Origin: the human T2T-CHM13v2.0 reference genome, Homo sapiens
Strand: one strand, 5' to 3'
DNA length: 64,000 bases
Assembly: GCF_009914755.1 (NCBI RefSeq)
Contig: NC_060928.1
The notes below the pieces were generated by a model, which made no database searches, was not told the DNA's origin, and worked only from the letters and a program-made list of their open reading frames with translations. This document shows positions 25,771-41,912 of this stretch, in pieces (position 1 is the stretch's first letter; each line of letters opens with the position of its first letter). The translations under genes were made by a program, and so were the position numbers.

Positions 25771-26845
25771 TCTGTCATTTAGAAGTGGAAGTACTGGGCC
25801 ATATAGTAATTTTTTTTTTTTTGAGACAGGGTTTCACTTTGTCACTCAAGCTGAAATGCAATGGTGCAATCATAGCTCGCTGTAACCTTAAACTCCTGGG
25901 CTCAAGTGACCCTCACACCCCAGCTTCCCTACTAGCTAGCACCACAGGCATGGATCACCATGCCTGGCTAATTTGGTTTTTTCAATTTTTTCTTTTTTTT
26001 TTTTTTTTTTTGTAGAGAGAGGGTCTCACTGTGTTGCCCAGGCTGGTCTCAAACTCCTGGCCTTAAACAATCCCCCTGTCTCGGCCTTCCAAAGTGCTGG
26101 GATTACAGACTTGAGCCACTGCACTTGGCCCATGTTTAACATTTTAAGAGATTGCCAACTGTTTCTAAAGAAACCACACAATTTCATATACAATTCCAGC
26201 AGTGGGTCAGGGCTTCAGTTTCTCCACATCTTTGCCAATACTTGTTATTGCTTGTCTCTTTGAGGATAGACATAATGATGTATGAAACAATATTTCATGT
26301 GGTTTTTATTTGAACTTTCCTAAAGGCTAATGATGTTGAACTTTTATTTATGTGTTACTGATCATTTATATGTCTTATATTGAGAAAAATCCATTCAATT
26401 CCTTTACCAATTGTTCAAATAAATTGCCTTTTTATTTCTGAGATACAAGATTTTAAAATATGTATTCTGAATACAGATCTCTTATCAGATGATTTTCAAA
26501 TATCCCCTGCTACTCTGTGGGTGGTTTTTTGCTCTCCTGATGGTGCCCTTTAGACCACAAAAGTTTTTAACTTTGATGAAGTCCAATTTATTTATTTTTT
26601 TGTTCTATCACCTATGCTTTCAGTGTCATACCTACAGTTTAGCTTAATCCAAAGTAACCCAGACTTACTCTTGTGTTTTTTCCTAAGTTTTAGCTCTTAC
26701 ATTTAGGTGCATGATACATTTCTGAGTTAAAAATGTATTTGTATACATGTAAGGAAGACTTCCAGCTTAATTTTTGTGATACTCAATGTTTCCAGTATTA
26801 CTTGCTAAAAAAATTTCTCCATTAAATTGTCGTCACACCCTTATC
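25771..26845 (-). mobile_element. Old L1M ORF2 3' region (left part), interrupted by AluJ
   Basis: AGAAGTGGAAGTACTGGGCCATATAG...TTTCTCCACATCTTTGCCAATACTTG...TTGATGAAGTCCAATTT; continues beyond the L1PA3 at 33034. Confidence 0.8.
25810..26130 (-). mobile_element. AluJ SINE
   Basis: J-type diagnostics (ATCATAGCTC, ACTCCTGGGCTCAAGTGA, GGGTCTCACTGTGTTGCCCAGG); T-rich expanded linker. Confidence 0.92.
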
Positions 26846-26860
26846 AAAAATCAATTTACC

Positions 26861-27902
26861 GGGAGGTCAAGCCAAGATGGCCGAATAGGAACAGCTCCGG
26901 TCTACAGCTCCCAGCATGAGTGACGCAGAAGATGGGTGATTTCTGCATTTCCATCTGAGGTACTGGGTTCATCTCACTAGGGAGTGCCAGACAGTGGGTG
27001 CAGGACAGTGGGTGCAGCGCACCGTGCGTGAGCCAAAGCAGGGCGAGGCACTGCCTCACTCAGGAAGCACAAGGGGACAGGGAGTTCCCTTGCCTAGTCA
27101 AAGAAAGGGGTGACAGACAGCACCTGGAAAATCGGGTAACTCCCACCCCAATAATGCGCTTTTTCAACGGGCTTAAAAAACGGCGCACCAGGAGATTATA
27201 TCCCACACCTGGTTCAGAGGGTCCTATGCCCACAGAATCTCGCTGATTGCTAGCACAGCAGTCTGAGATCAAACTGCAAGGCAGCAGCCAGGCTGGGGGA
27301 GGGGTGCCCACCATTGCCCAGGCCTGCTTAGGTAAACAAAGCAGCCGGGAAGTTCGAACTGGGTGGAGCCCACCACAGCTCAAGAAGGCCTGCCTGCCTC
27401 TGCAGGCTCCACCTCTGGGGGCAGGGCACAGACAAACAAAAAGACAGCAGTAACCTCTGCAGATTTAAATGTCCCTGTCTGACAGCTTTGAAGAGAACAG
27501 TGGTTCTCCCAGCACGCAGCTGGAGATCTGAGAACGGGCAGACTAGACTGCCTCCTCAAGTGGGTCCCTGACCCCTGACCCCTGAACAGCCTAACTGGGA
27601 GGCACCCCCCAGTAGGGGCAGACTGACACCTCACACGGCCGGGTACTCCTCTAAGACAAAACTTCCAGAGGAACAGTCAGACAGCAGCACTCGCGGTTCA
27701 CGAAAATCCACTGTTCTGCAGCCACCGCTGCTGGTACCCAGGCAAACAGGGTCTGGAGTGGACCACTAGCAAACTCCAACAGACCTGCAGCTGAGGGTCC
27801 TGTCTGATAGAAGGAAAACTAACAAACAGAAAGGACATCCACACCAAAAACCCATCTGTACATCACCAACATCAAAGACCAAGAGTAGATAAAACCACAA
27901 AG
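26861..27902 (+). promoter_or_regulatory. L1 5'UTR internal sense and antisense promoter
   Basis: 1042-nt 5'UTR with intact YY1 site GCCAAGATGGCCG (26871-26883); the most CpG-rich non-Alu stretch of the window; activity inferred from L1 biology, not shown. Confidence 0.75.
27060..27314 (-). CDS. L1 antisense ORF0 homolog, open, 84 aa (expression unknown)
   Basis: ATG at 27314-27312 in GGGCAATGG context; MVGTPPPAWLLPCSLISDCCASNQRDSVGIGPSEPGVGYNLLVRRFLS... matches primate L1 ORF0. Confidence 0.6.
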   Translation of the reverse strand: MVGTPPPAWLLPCSLISDCCASNQRDSVGIGPSEPGVGYNLLVRRFLSPLKKRIIGVGVTRFSRCCLSPLSLTRQGNSLSPCAS

Positions 27903-28917
27903 ATGGGGAAAAAACAGGGCAGAAAAACTGGAAACTCTAAAAAGCAGAGCACCTCTGCTCCTCCAAAGGAACGCAGCTCCTCACCAGCAACGGAACAAAG
28001 CTGGATGGAGAATGACTTTGACAAGCTGAGAGAGGAAGGCTTCAGACGATCAAACTACTCCGAGCTACAGGAGGAAATTCAAACCAAAGGCAAAGAAGTT
28101 GAAAACTTTGAAAAAAATTTAGATGAATGTATAACTAGAATAACCAATACAGAGAAGTGCTTAAAGGAGCTGATGGAGCTGAAAGCCAAGGCTCAAGAAC
28201 TACGTGAAGAATGCAGAAGCCTCAGGAGCCGATGCGATCAACTGGAAGAAAGGGTATCAGCAATGGAAGATGAAATGAATGAAATGAAGCGAGAGGGGAA
28301 GTTTAGAGAAAAAAGAATAAAAAGAAACAAACAAAGCCTCCAAGAAATATGGGACTATGTGAAAAGACCAAATCTACGTTTGATTGGCGTACCTGAAAGT
28401 GACGGGGAGAATGGAACCAAGTTGGAAAACACTCTGCAGGATATTATACAGGGGAACTTCCCCAATCTAGCAATGCAGGCCAACATTCAGATTCAGGAAA
28501 TACAGAGAACGCCACAAAGATACTACTCGAGAACAGCAACTCCAAGACACATAATTGTCAGATTCACCAAAGTTGAAATGAAGGAAAAAATGTTAAGGGC
28601 AGCCAGAGAGAAAGGTCGGGTTACCCACAAAGGGAAGCCCATCAGACTAACAGTGGATCTCTTAGCAGAAACTACAAGCCAGAAGAGAGTGGGGGCCAAT
28701 ATTCAACATTCTTAAAGAAAAGAATTTCCAACCCAGAATTTTATATCCAGCCAAACTAAGCTTCATAAGTGAAGGAGAAATAAAATACTTTACAGACAAG
28801 CAAATGCTGAGAGATTTTGTCACCACCAGGCTTGCCCTAAAAGAGCTCCTGAAGGAAGCATTAAACATGGAAAGGAACAACCAGTACCAACTACTGCAAA
28901 ATCATGCCAAATTGTAA
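27903..28917 (+). pseudogene. L1 ORF1p, frameshifted
   Basis: MGKKQGRKTGNSKKQS...; 1015 nt to the native TAA versus 1017 expected, consistent with a 2-bp deletion near 28673 (GCAGAAACTACAAGCC) giving a 270-aa product with an aberrant tail. Confidence 0.93.
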
Positions 28918-28980
28918 AGACCATCGAGGCTAGGAAGAAACTGCATCAACTAACAAGCAAAATAACCAGCTAACATCATA

Positions 28981-32799
<3,819 letters not shown>

Positions 32800-33033
32800 A
32801 CAATGAGAACACATGGACACAGGAAGGGGAACAACACACTCTGGGGACTGTTGTGGGGTGGGGGGAGGGCGGAGGGATAGCATTAGGAGATATACCTAAT
32901 GCTAAATGATGAGTTAATGGGTGCAGCACACCAGCATGGCACATGTATACATATGTAACTAACCTGCACATTGTGCACATGTACCCTAAAACGTAAAGTA
33001 TAATAATAATAATAATAAAAAAATCAACTTACC

Positions 33034-34680
33034 GTCAGGGCAAGGGTTTATTTTTGGACTCTCAATTTTGCTATATTGACGTATGTCTGTCTGCATGATC
33101 TATATGTTTATCTGTCTTGATTGCTGTGGCTTTGTAGAAAGATTTGAAGTTGGAATGTGTGAGTCCTTCAACTTGGTTATATTTTTTAAAGACTATTTTG
33201 GCTTTTACGCATTTTCATCAATTTTAGGGTCAGCTTATCAACTTTTGTTAAAAGGTAAGCTGGTAATTTGATATATGTATAGATCTAGTTGGGAAGTATC
33301 ACCATCTTAACAATATTAAATCCTCTAATCTGTCAACATGCAATTTCTTATTCTTTTTTTAAATTTCTTTCAACCACGTTTGTAGTTCTGAATGTACAAG
33401 TCTTGCATTTATTTTGTAAAACTTATTCTTAAGTATTTATTCAATTTGATGCTTTTGTGAATGGAATTGTTTCTTAATTTCATTTTTATATATTTACATT
33501 GCTTTTGGTATATTGATATTGCATCCTCTTGCAATATTGCTGAAGTCACTTATTTGTTCTAATGGTTTCTTTTAAAAAAGTAGATTCCTTAGGATTTTCT
33601 ATGTACAAGACCATATCATCTACAAATAGAGATAATTTAACTTCTTCCTTTCTAATCTGTTATCTTTTAACTTTAACCTGTCTAATTTCCCTAGCTAGAA
33701 CCTTCAGTACAACAATTGAATAGAAGTAGTGAGAGTAGACATCTTTTTCCTAATCTTACAGGGAAAGTATTTAGTCATTCGCCATTAAGTATGATGTTCC
33801 CTTGTGGTTTTCATAGATCGCTTTACCACATCGAGAAAATTTCCTTTTAATTCTAGTTTGTTGAGTGTTTTATCATGAAAGGGTGTGAGATTTTGTCAAA
33901 TATGTATCTTTTGTTTATAGAGATGATTATGTGTTTTTGCCCTGTTTTCTATTAATATATTAAGTTAATTGATTTTTTAATGTTAAAACAACCTTGCATT
34001 TCTGAGATAAATCCCAGTTGGTCATGGTGTATAACATGTTTTAATGTTTCTGGATTTGGTTTCCTATTTTTTTTGAGTATTTTTCTGTATTTATTCATAA
34101 AGGATACTGATCTGTAATTGTTTGTTTTCTTGTGATATCTGATTTTTCTATCATGAAAATACTGTCCTCATAGAATGAGTAGGAAAGGTTCTACTCTCAT
34201 CTATTTTTGGAAGAGTTTGTGAAGTATTGGTCACAATTTTTATTTAAATGATTGATAAAATTAGCCAGTGAAGCTATCTATCTGGGCCTGGGATTTTCTT
34301 TGCAGTAAAAAATATTTTATTATTAATTCATTCTCTTTACTTATATAGGTCTATTCATATATTCTGTTTCTTTTTGAGTCACTTTGGTAGTTTGTATCTT
34401 TCTAGTAATATATCCATTTTGTGTTTTTGTCTAATTGTTGGCATATAATTGTTTATAGTATTCCTTGTAATTCTTTTTAGTTCTGTAATGTCAATTGTAA
34501 CGTACACTTTTTCATTCCTAATTTTCTTAATATGAATTTTCTTTATTTTCCTTATTAGTCTACTTAAAGTCTGTCAATTTTATTGATCTTCTTGATAAGC
34601 AAACTTTGGTTTTACTGTTTTCTCTGTTATTTTTATATTTTATTAATTTCCACTTCAATTTTTATTTATTTTGCTAGTGG
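33034..34680 (-). mobile_element. Old L1M ORF2 region (right part)
   Basis: GGGTTTATTTTTGGACTCTCAATT...AGAACCTTCAGTACAA...TTGAATAGAAGTAGTGAGAG...CCAGTGAAGCTATC; collinear continuation of 25771-26845. Confidence 0.85.
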
Positions 34681-34850
34681 GCTTTTTTGGTTTTTGTTTG
34701 TTTGTTTATTCTATGTCTTGTTATCTTGGTTGCTTTGTTTTTAATGGGAGGGTTTGGGAAGATTAAAAAATTATTCTGAAGCCACAGCCATCTAGCCTGG
34801 TGCCAACATAAGACACTTTAAAACTACAAGGAAAAAGATGTTTCTTTATA

Positions 34851-34986
34851 CAGATGCTTCTTGACTATGATGGTGTCATATCTGACAATCCTAAGTCACA
34901 AATATTATAAACCGATAATGTATTTATTACCCTGAAAAGCCCAGCAAAAAGACAAAAACTTAAACCATTGTAAGTCAGGGGCTCTG
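34851..34986 (+). mobile_element. MER47-like TcMar-Tigger MITE
   Basis: Imperfect TIRs CAGATGCTTCTTGACTATGATGG / CCATTGTAAGTCAGGGGCTCTG flanked by TA on both sides (34849-34850, 34987-34988). Confidence 0.75.
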
Positions 34987-35349
34987 TATATTTTCTGAAA
35001 ACGCTGTCAGTAATACATACTTCCTCGTGAAATTTCTTGAGTAAAGAAATGTGATGGTGCTAATCCATTATTTAAAATGTACAATTTTGCTGTTACTAAA
35101 AAAAATTGAACGTCAGTTTGCACAGTTAAAATTATTTAATTTTCAAACATTGTAGACCTGAGTTGATCAATAATTGAACCGAACTCTGTACATTTGTACA
35201 ATAATTTGTATTATTACATGACTGCTATCCCTTTAATTAGATGTTGGGCTCTTGGAACCTTAATATTTTAGAATACCACATAAAGAAAGTACTCTGAAAA
35301 TGTATCAGTTTTACAAAAATAACAATAAACTTTTAAACTTAAAAAATAT

Positions 35350-35540
35350 GGGATAAGTGCTCTGTATACATTATCTCACAGAATTCTCACTACTCTAAAA
35401 ATTGAGTATTATCATCTTTATATTAAAGACACTGAGGCTTGGAAAAGTGAAGATCTTGTCCTTAGCTGTGTAGGTAGTAACTAGCAGAGCAAAGATTCAA
35501 ACAAGATCTAAAGGACATGCTTTTTCCACATTGCCCTGCA
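35350..35540 (-). mobile_element. MIR SINE
   Basis: AAGTGCTCTGTATACATTATCTCA...TATTATCATC...GACACTGAGGCTTGGAAAAGTGAAG...GCAGAGCAAAGATTCAAAC. Confidence 0.7.
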
Positions 35541-37508
35541 GTCTCAATTCAGGATTAGACATGAAGTATTTTCAAGTGCATTTATTATCCCACAGGAAAA
35601 GCCCACATACTTCCATATTTAATGGGAGTAAATTGAGAAATATTTGAGGTGAACTGACTGGACTCATTGTGTCTCTGTAGAGAAAACAAGACATCTATGC
35701 AGTTGAAAAAAAAGTAGGGGAGAGGGAGGAGTAAAACAGTTTAAGAAATAGAGAACTGACCTTGCATCCAGAGGTATCTCTGTAGGTTTAAATATTAGGT
35801 ATGTCTATAACTCTTTCTAATTACTAGGATGTGATTCTTTGGGCAAGAGTTGCCAAATTATTCCATTTCAAAATGGCTATATGGCCTTCCAAAGAACAAG
35901 TCATTGATGTTGACCTGCATAGCCTTAGAACAGGCATTAAGTTCCCATGGGCAATCATGATGGAAACATAAAGAACCTAGTGATGAGTGACTTCCCCATT
36001 GTTGATATGATTGATTATAAAAGATCGTAAGTGATGTAGGGAGTGATCACTAGATGGAATAGCCTCAAGGGGAGAAGTCCTTTGTCCAAGAAGATGAGTC
36101 TAGGAAAAGGGTGAAAAACTGAAAACATGAATTATGGTTTGGATTAGGGAGTGATAAACGAGATCCTTCTGTTGATATTCAGTGAAACCCAGAGGCTATT
36201 TGGGACAGTTAGGAAATGTAACTACATCAGAAGATCAACAGCTGCATGGTAAAAAGGGTCTTAAAAATACTTTAATTGACATGACCTTTCTTTATCTCCT
36301 TAGCAGTAACACATGCACTGAAATTCCTTAAACTCCTAAGGTCATCTGCACATCACAATTGAGTTCTTTCAACTTTCCACCACCCATTCTTTTGGATTAC
36401 ATATTGGCCATCTCTGAAGAAAAGAAAATTACTAATATTCCAAATATAAGCTCTGTGAAACTGTGAAAGGTTAATTCACTCCTTTGTTTGTTGTAGTGTA
36501 AATGTAGCAGAATTTTATTAAGTACCAAAATTGGAAAAAAACAAAAAAAAAAAAAACAGAGAGAGGAAAAAAAGTCTAACAAACCACGAGCTTCACTTAA
36601 TGCAAAGATGTTCCATTTATAGGGTAATGACTAATTTTGATGTCTGCCTGTAAAATGTGTTGAATGTGCAAACTACTGTTTTGTCCTTCCCTTCTCCACT
36701 CTCCCTGGCACAAAACTACTGGGCATGTTTCTCAAACCTTGGACCATAGGGTTTTGTTTCTGGTCTATTGCTTCTGCCTTCCTCTGATACAGGGGATTTG
36801 GCTGGCTGTCACGTTTAGTAGACTCTGAGGACCCTCCAGCCAAACTCTAGACACAAGGCAGCTCTCTTTGCTTCGCCTTGAGTTTCAAACTAAAATTGTT
36901 GGAATAACCTTGTATTACTTATTCAGGACACTCTGTTGACTTCTGACAGTGAGAAAAATTGTCAGAAGAGATCTTAGCTCTAAACTGCTACTACTATCAT
37001 CCACTTTCCTTCAGTATTCTCTTCACTTTTCTTCCTGCAGCCCAACCCCTTCAATCACACACATCACCCACCTGAAATTTCATGCTGAATTTTTTGTTTG
37101 CTGCAGCTTTTCATCAAAGCATTAGGGCCTTAAAAAACAAATAAACAAGTATTTTCCTTTTCATTTTAATTCTTATATGGTGCTGAATGGGGTGTCTTTA
37201 GCTTTTTATCTGGGATAGGTCATTAAAATAAAATGAAGAATTAACTGGTTAGAATTGGTTGTGGATGTAAGGGGGGGCGCAGAGAACAGCATGCCAATCA
37301 CTGAGCCACGCATTTTATGCAAGCTTAAAGAAGACATTTAGCTTTGTGCACTAGTTGCATCATCTATTAGAATAAGCAAGAAGACAGGGAACCAAATCAG
37401 AACCTCTGGACCTTATTGGACTATCTATTGAGTTCTAGTCTTCATGGATGATGGAAAGGTAGATTATGGGAGAAGATGATGAATAAATGCAGTAATAGTT
37501 TGTGACTT

Positions 37509-37993
37509 TGTTATAGAAGCCCAAGTTGAGGCTTATGTACCTGATGTGCAGTTGACACCAAATACCGACACACAGGTGGTTGGAGATGTGAAAGGTTCAT
37601 TGGATTTGGCCAAAGTGAGAGGGCAGGAGGGCAAGAACTCTCAAATCCATCTTAACAACAATAACAACAAAAATCAGCAGGGAGTTTTTATGCAGCCAGA
37701 GAATAAGAGAGGGGGAGTTGCCAGGAACCAAGGGAAAAATCTGTGTTTCTTCAGTCTCAGATAACATCTTGAACAACCAGACTTCTGGGCGTCAGCAGTT
37801 TGATTGCAATGTCCTTAAAGGCATAAAGACATTCATTCCTTCTGCAAAATTTTCTTGTGACCCTGAAGCTATCTCCTCCTGCTTGACAAAGAAATAGTGC
37901 ATCAGCAGTTTGTAATTTTTTAGTTTGTGGGAACAAGGGATGTTGGCTTTTGTGCAGGCAAGCAAAGGCCTAGTCAGAATTTTCATGATTTCA
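37509..37993 (-). mobile_element. Putative ERV1 MER4-group solo LTR
   Basis: About 485-bp TG...CA block with TTTGGCCAAAGTGAGAGGGCAGGAGG...CTCTCAAATCCATCTT, resembling MER31/MER67-like LTR reverse complement; family and right end uncertain, no TSD resolved. Confidence 0.55.
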
Positions 37994-38093
37994 GTGACAA
38001 AAAATGCTGGGGTGCTGAAATCTCAAGGGACCTACTTAAACCCTCAAAAACTTAAAATTAACTGTGAGATTGACATGTTCTGAAGAGTCTCAT

Positions 38094-38533
38094 TGTATTA
38101 TCAGAGTTCTCCAGAGAAACAGAACCGACAGGATATAAAGAGATACATATAAGAGGATATTTGTTACGGAAATTGGCTCATGTGATTGTGGAGGCCAAGA
38201 GGTCCCAAGATATTCTGCAAGCTGGAGAAACAGGAAAACTTACAGCGCATTTAAGTTCAAGCCTAAAGGCCTGCAAACCAGGAACTCAAGTGCAGGAGAA
38301 GATGGATGGCCCAGCTCAAAAAGAGGGAGAGAAGTTTCCCTTCCACTGACTTTTTGCTTTATTGGGTCTCTCACTGGTTGGATTATGCCCACTGAGGGAG
38401 GATCTTCTTTAATTGGTTTACTTAATCAAAGGCTAATGTCTTCCAGAAACATCCTTGCAGACACACCCAGAAATAATGTTTTACCAGCTATCGCTTAGCC
38501 CAGTCAAGTTGACATATAAAACTGGGCATTACA
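38094..38533 (-). mobile_element. MLT2B-like (ERVL) solo LTR
   Basis: TGTATTATCAGAGTTCTCCAGAGAAACAGAACC...GCCCAGTCAAGTTGACATATAAA...ATTACA; flanks CTCAT / CTTGT. Confidence 0.85.
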
Positions 38534-39388
38534 CTTGTAATTCAGTCATCAAGTTAAAAATTTAGTAGAATAAAATTCAAGTTTTCAAAGCATACAATTT
38601 TCATCCTTACCATTATGCACACTCATAATAAGGAGGACATTAAAGAAGAGTTTAATTTTTTAGTTGTTCTTTTCCTTATAAGCTTTAAGAGTAGACATGA
38701 TTTCTGGCAGTATGTGTAAGTGTGACTTCACACTAATGTTTCATTTTCCTGTCCTTTAGTTACACTGATGTTAAAATGAGTATGGTAATATCACACTAAA
38801 ATCAGTGAGAACATGAATAAGTTAATACCTGCCAAGTTCTTGTAGCTCCTTAGAGAAAGGTATTGTCATCTGATTCAAGCTCCCTTGTAAATGACTAATG
38901 ATGTAAAGATCAAGAATTTACTAGACTTCCCTTAAATTATATTATAAAAGCTTTAAGTACATTGGCATCTTGTGTTCCCAGTATACATAAGACTCTGAAC
39001 TCTACTCACGCTCAAACCTAAAACAAAGCATTTATTATACAACATTGGCAGGAGTTTCAGGATGAATAAGAATGTGAATATACAATAAAATTCTTCACAT
39101 TTTAATATGTTACATGACTAAAAGAATAAAGGCACTTGGTAAAAACAAAAAGGAGATACTACTATTAATCTTTTCACCATAACTTGCCATTATGTCTCTA
39201 CAGGCCCCTTTTAAAAGTTTTTCCCATTCAAAATTTTAAAACCCAACACAATTGGAGGAAAATAGTAACCATGATTGTCTCAAGAAAGTTGTTTTCCTTT
39301 AAATTTTAGCTCGAACCATTTCCTCCCATCACTGATCTATTCACTATCTATTGGAAGTGATGAATCCTCTGACTATATGAGAGCAAAA

Positions 39389-39720
39389 TGTCAGTCAAGG
39401 ATCTTTATTGAAAACAACAGAAATCAACTCTAGCTAACACAAGTGGAAATGTAATTGACTAAGGAATTCTAAGTAGCTCACAGAATCTTTGGGTGGATGG
39501 GGGAACGAGGCTCTGAACAATGCCCAAAATATACCACATAATGAGGTCATTCTTGCCCACTCAGGGATTGCATCACCAACACAGGATGCTCTGGCAGTAA
39601 TCTTGACTTTTGCTGTTTTGGAAACTAGACTCAATTTTTTACCTCCACTATGAAATATTCTGTTTGCTGTTTATGTTCAGAATCAAAGTCTGTCTTGATT
39701 GCTTATGACTTCAATAGGTC
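39389..39720 (-). mobile_element. Ancient MLT1-type LTR fragment
   Basis: TGTCAGTCAAGGATCTTT...CAACAGAAATCAACTCTAGCTAAC...GTAGCTCACAGAATC. Confidence 0.5.
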
Positions 39721-40639
39721 TTTATTAGCAAACAGGTGCCTTCCAATTGCCCTTTCTTAATGTGACCTTGTATCATTAGTATCTGATCCATGGCATTACT
39801 GAGAGCATGAAGATTTTTTTAAACCTCATAGTATTTAATCTCAGAATCATCTATGACTTTGACATGGTTATTGGTCCATTAATGTAAGAGCAAGATTGTA
39901 ATTCAGAATACAAAACTGATTGAAGTCTATTATTCTTTGCCTTCTAACAATGTGTTTGCAAAGGCAGCTAATTGTATCTTCTGATCTGAGTTCCCAAGCT
40001 CTTGATAATGCCGAGAGCTCAAGACTTATTCCCCACATAGTTTAATTACCTTAGTTCCTGAGATTCCATCAGATTTTGGGCTACCATTAGTTTACTCAAC
40101 TACATTTCTTTTGATCTGGCTGGGATGCTCTATTTTATAGGCTTATCAATATAGAAATATATGCAATGCACAAATAAACTCAGGGATATGCTCTGAATAC
40201 AAGACCCTACAATAAGGATGGAGCAATTGTTTTAGAGACATGTAAGGTGTACCCCAGTAGGCAATTCTCTGGGCAGTGTGGTTGTTACCACACCTTCCTT
40301 GTAAAATCTACTTATCTGAGAGCAATAAAAGTTGACTAAGTTATTATTGCAGTTACATGCAAGCAAAACCTTTCGTATCATCCCTATTTCTATTCCACAT
40401 TGCTAAATATTTTGAGATATATGCAAGCAGATCTTTCCTACCTTTGAGAAAGTCCTGTGCCTCTTGTCTTAAGAGTTATCACTGTACAAAGATTAAAGAG
40501 TTTCAAGCATTTGGGAAAGCTAAAGCTGGTGCTCCCAGTACTGCATTATTTTATCATGGCCCTTGTACTTATTGTTCCTGCCTATTCCTCCCCAAGATAT
40601 TCTGTGGGGTGACCCCACTTCTTGAAGGTTTGGCTCAAG

Positions 40640-41135
40640 TGTCACTGTATCAGAGAGGCCTTCCCTGATTTTTCTTTGTAAAGTAACACATCTCTCCCTG
40701 ACCCCTAACCATCCTCCATGGCATATCATATACTCCTTGACCACAGGATTTACCACCATCAAATATTAAACTTTCTTGTTTATTTTGTTTCCTCAATGAT
40801 AGTGTAAGCTCTGTGGAGAAAGAAACTATGATATGGTCACTGCTGTATCCCTATTTGGAGACTAGGACTGTCCAATAGAAGTCTGCAATGATCATAATGT
40901 TCTATGTATGTGCTTTCCAATAAGGCAGCATTAGCTACATGTGCCAATTGAGCACTTGAAATGCAGTTAGTAATACTGAGAAACTGGATTTTTAATTTAA
41001 TTTTAATAACCACACTTGGCTGATGGCTACCATATTGGACAACACAGGTCATGGCTACCATATTGAACAACACAACAGAAATTGGCATCTAAAAAGTACA
41101 TGATAAATATTTGTCGGTTCAATAAGTGAGTGATG
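40640..41135 (+). mobile_element. L2 3' end interrupted by MER3
   Basis: CAGAGAGGCCTTCCCTGA...AGTGTAAGCTCTGTGGAG...CACTGCTGTATCCC, resuming as ACAGAAATTGGCATC...ATAAATATTTGTCG. Confidence 0.7.
40863..41047 (+). mobile_element. MER3 hAT-Charlie MITE
   Basis: CTGTCCAATAGAA...GAGCACTTGAAATG...TGGCTACCATATTGGACAACACAG with terminal inverted repeats. Confidence 0.85.
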
Positions 41136-41872
41136 TTTTCTATTGCAGCTGGTGCTTCTCTCTCCATACTCATTATGTTGCAGATATATATGCGTAAGTG
41201 GAGCTGCTTCATTTTTTGCACAAACTCATGGCAGAACCTTGCATAACCAGAAATGGCTGTATACCTATGCAGTGACCTGATTAACTTTTCCCTGTTCTTA
41301 TCTTCTGCTTTTTCATCCATAGAAGAAACCTGTATTCTCATGCATGACACTGTATTTTGACTCAATTGTGCCTTTTCTTTAACTTCATCTCTCCTTCTTT
41401 AATATCATAGGACATGTCATATTAGTTTCTGATTTCCCCTGCTCTGTATATGCTAGAAAGAGGTCATCATGTCATTAAAGTGATGTATTCTATTGTATGG
41501 TTATATCCAAATGAATGTCTTCCTATAACAATGAAAGATTTCTGGATTCTCATTACCTAAATCCAACCAACCCAGAAGTTGAACACACACAGTGTTCCAT
41601 TCATGGGTTCATAACTTTTAAGCACCAGCATCAGAAGCTGTGGTGGAAGGTCATATTTTTTGTGACAGCTGCTTGAAAATTTTTATTGGTAATATTACTG
41701 GTAAACCATAGACTTCAAACTAGTGAAACAAATGAAACCACTTTATTAATAGAGAGAGAAATAGGGAGTTTGCCCTTAACATTCTTAAACACTTAGAGTA
41801 CTTCTGTGTTTTACTGAGTTCCTCATTCGTCAATGAATGATAGCTGTATAGAAAAACAAAGCCAAGTACGTG

Positions 41873-41912
41873 CACACACACACATACACACACACACATA
41901 CACACACACACA
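41873..41912. repeat. Imperfect (CA)n microsatellite
   Basis: Read directly, two TA interruptions. Confidence 0.9.

Noticed and set aside
35980-36125. C/D-box snoRNA suggested by GTGATGA and a later CTGA
   Set aside because: No terminal stem or recognisable guide sequence; both motifs are expected by chance.
37268-37300. CTCF site or promoter at AAGGGGGGGCGC followed by CCAAT
   Set aside because: Lacks the CCASYAG half of the CTCF core and there is no CpG island.
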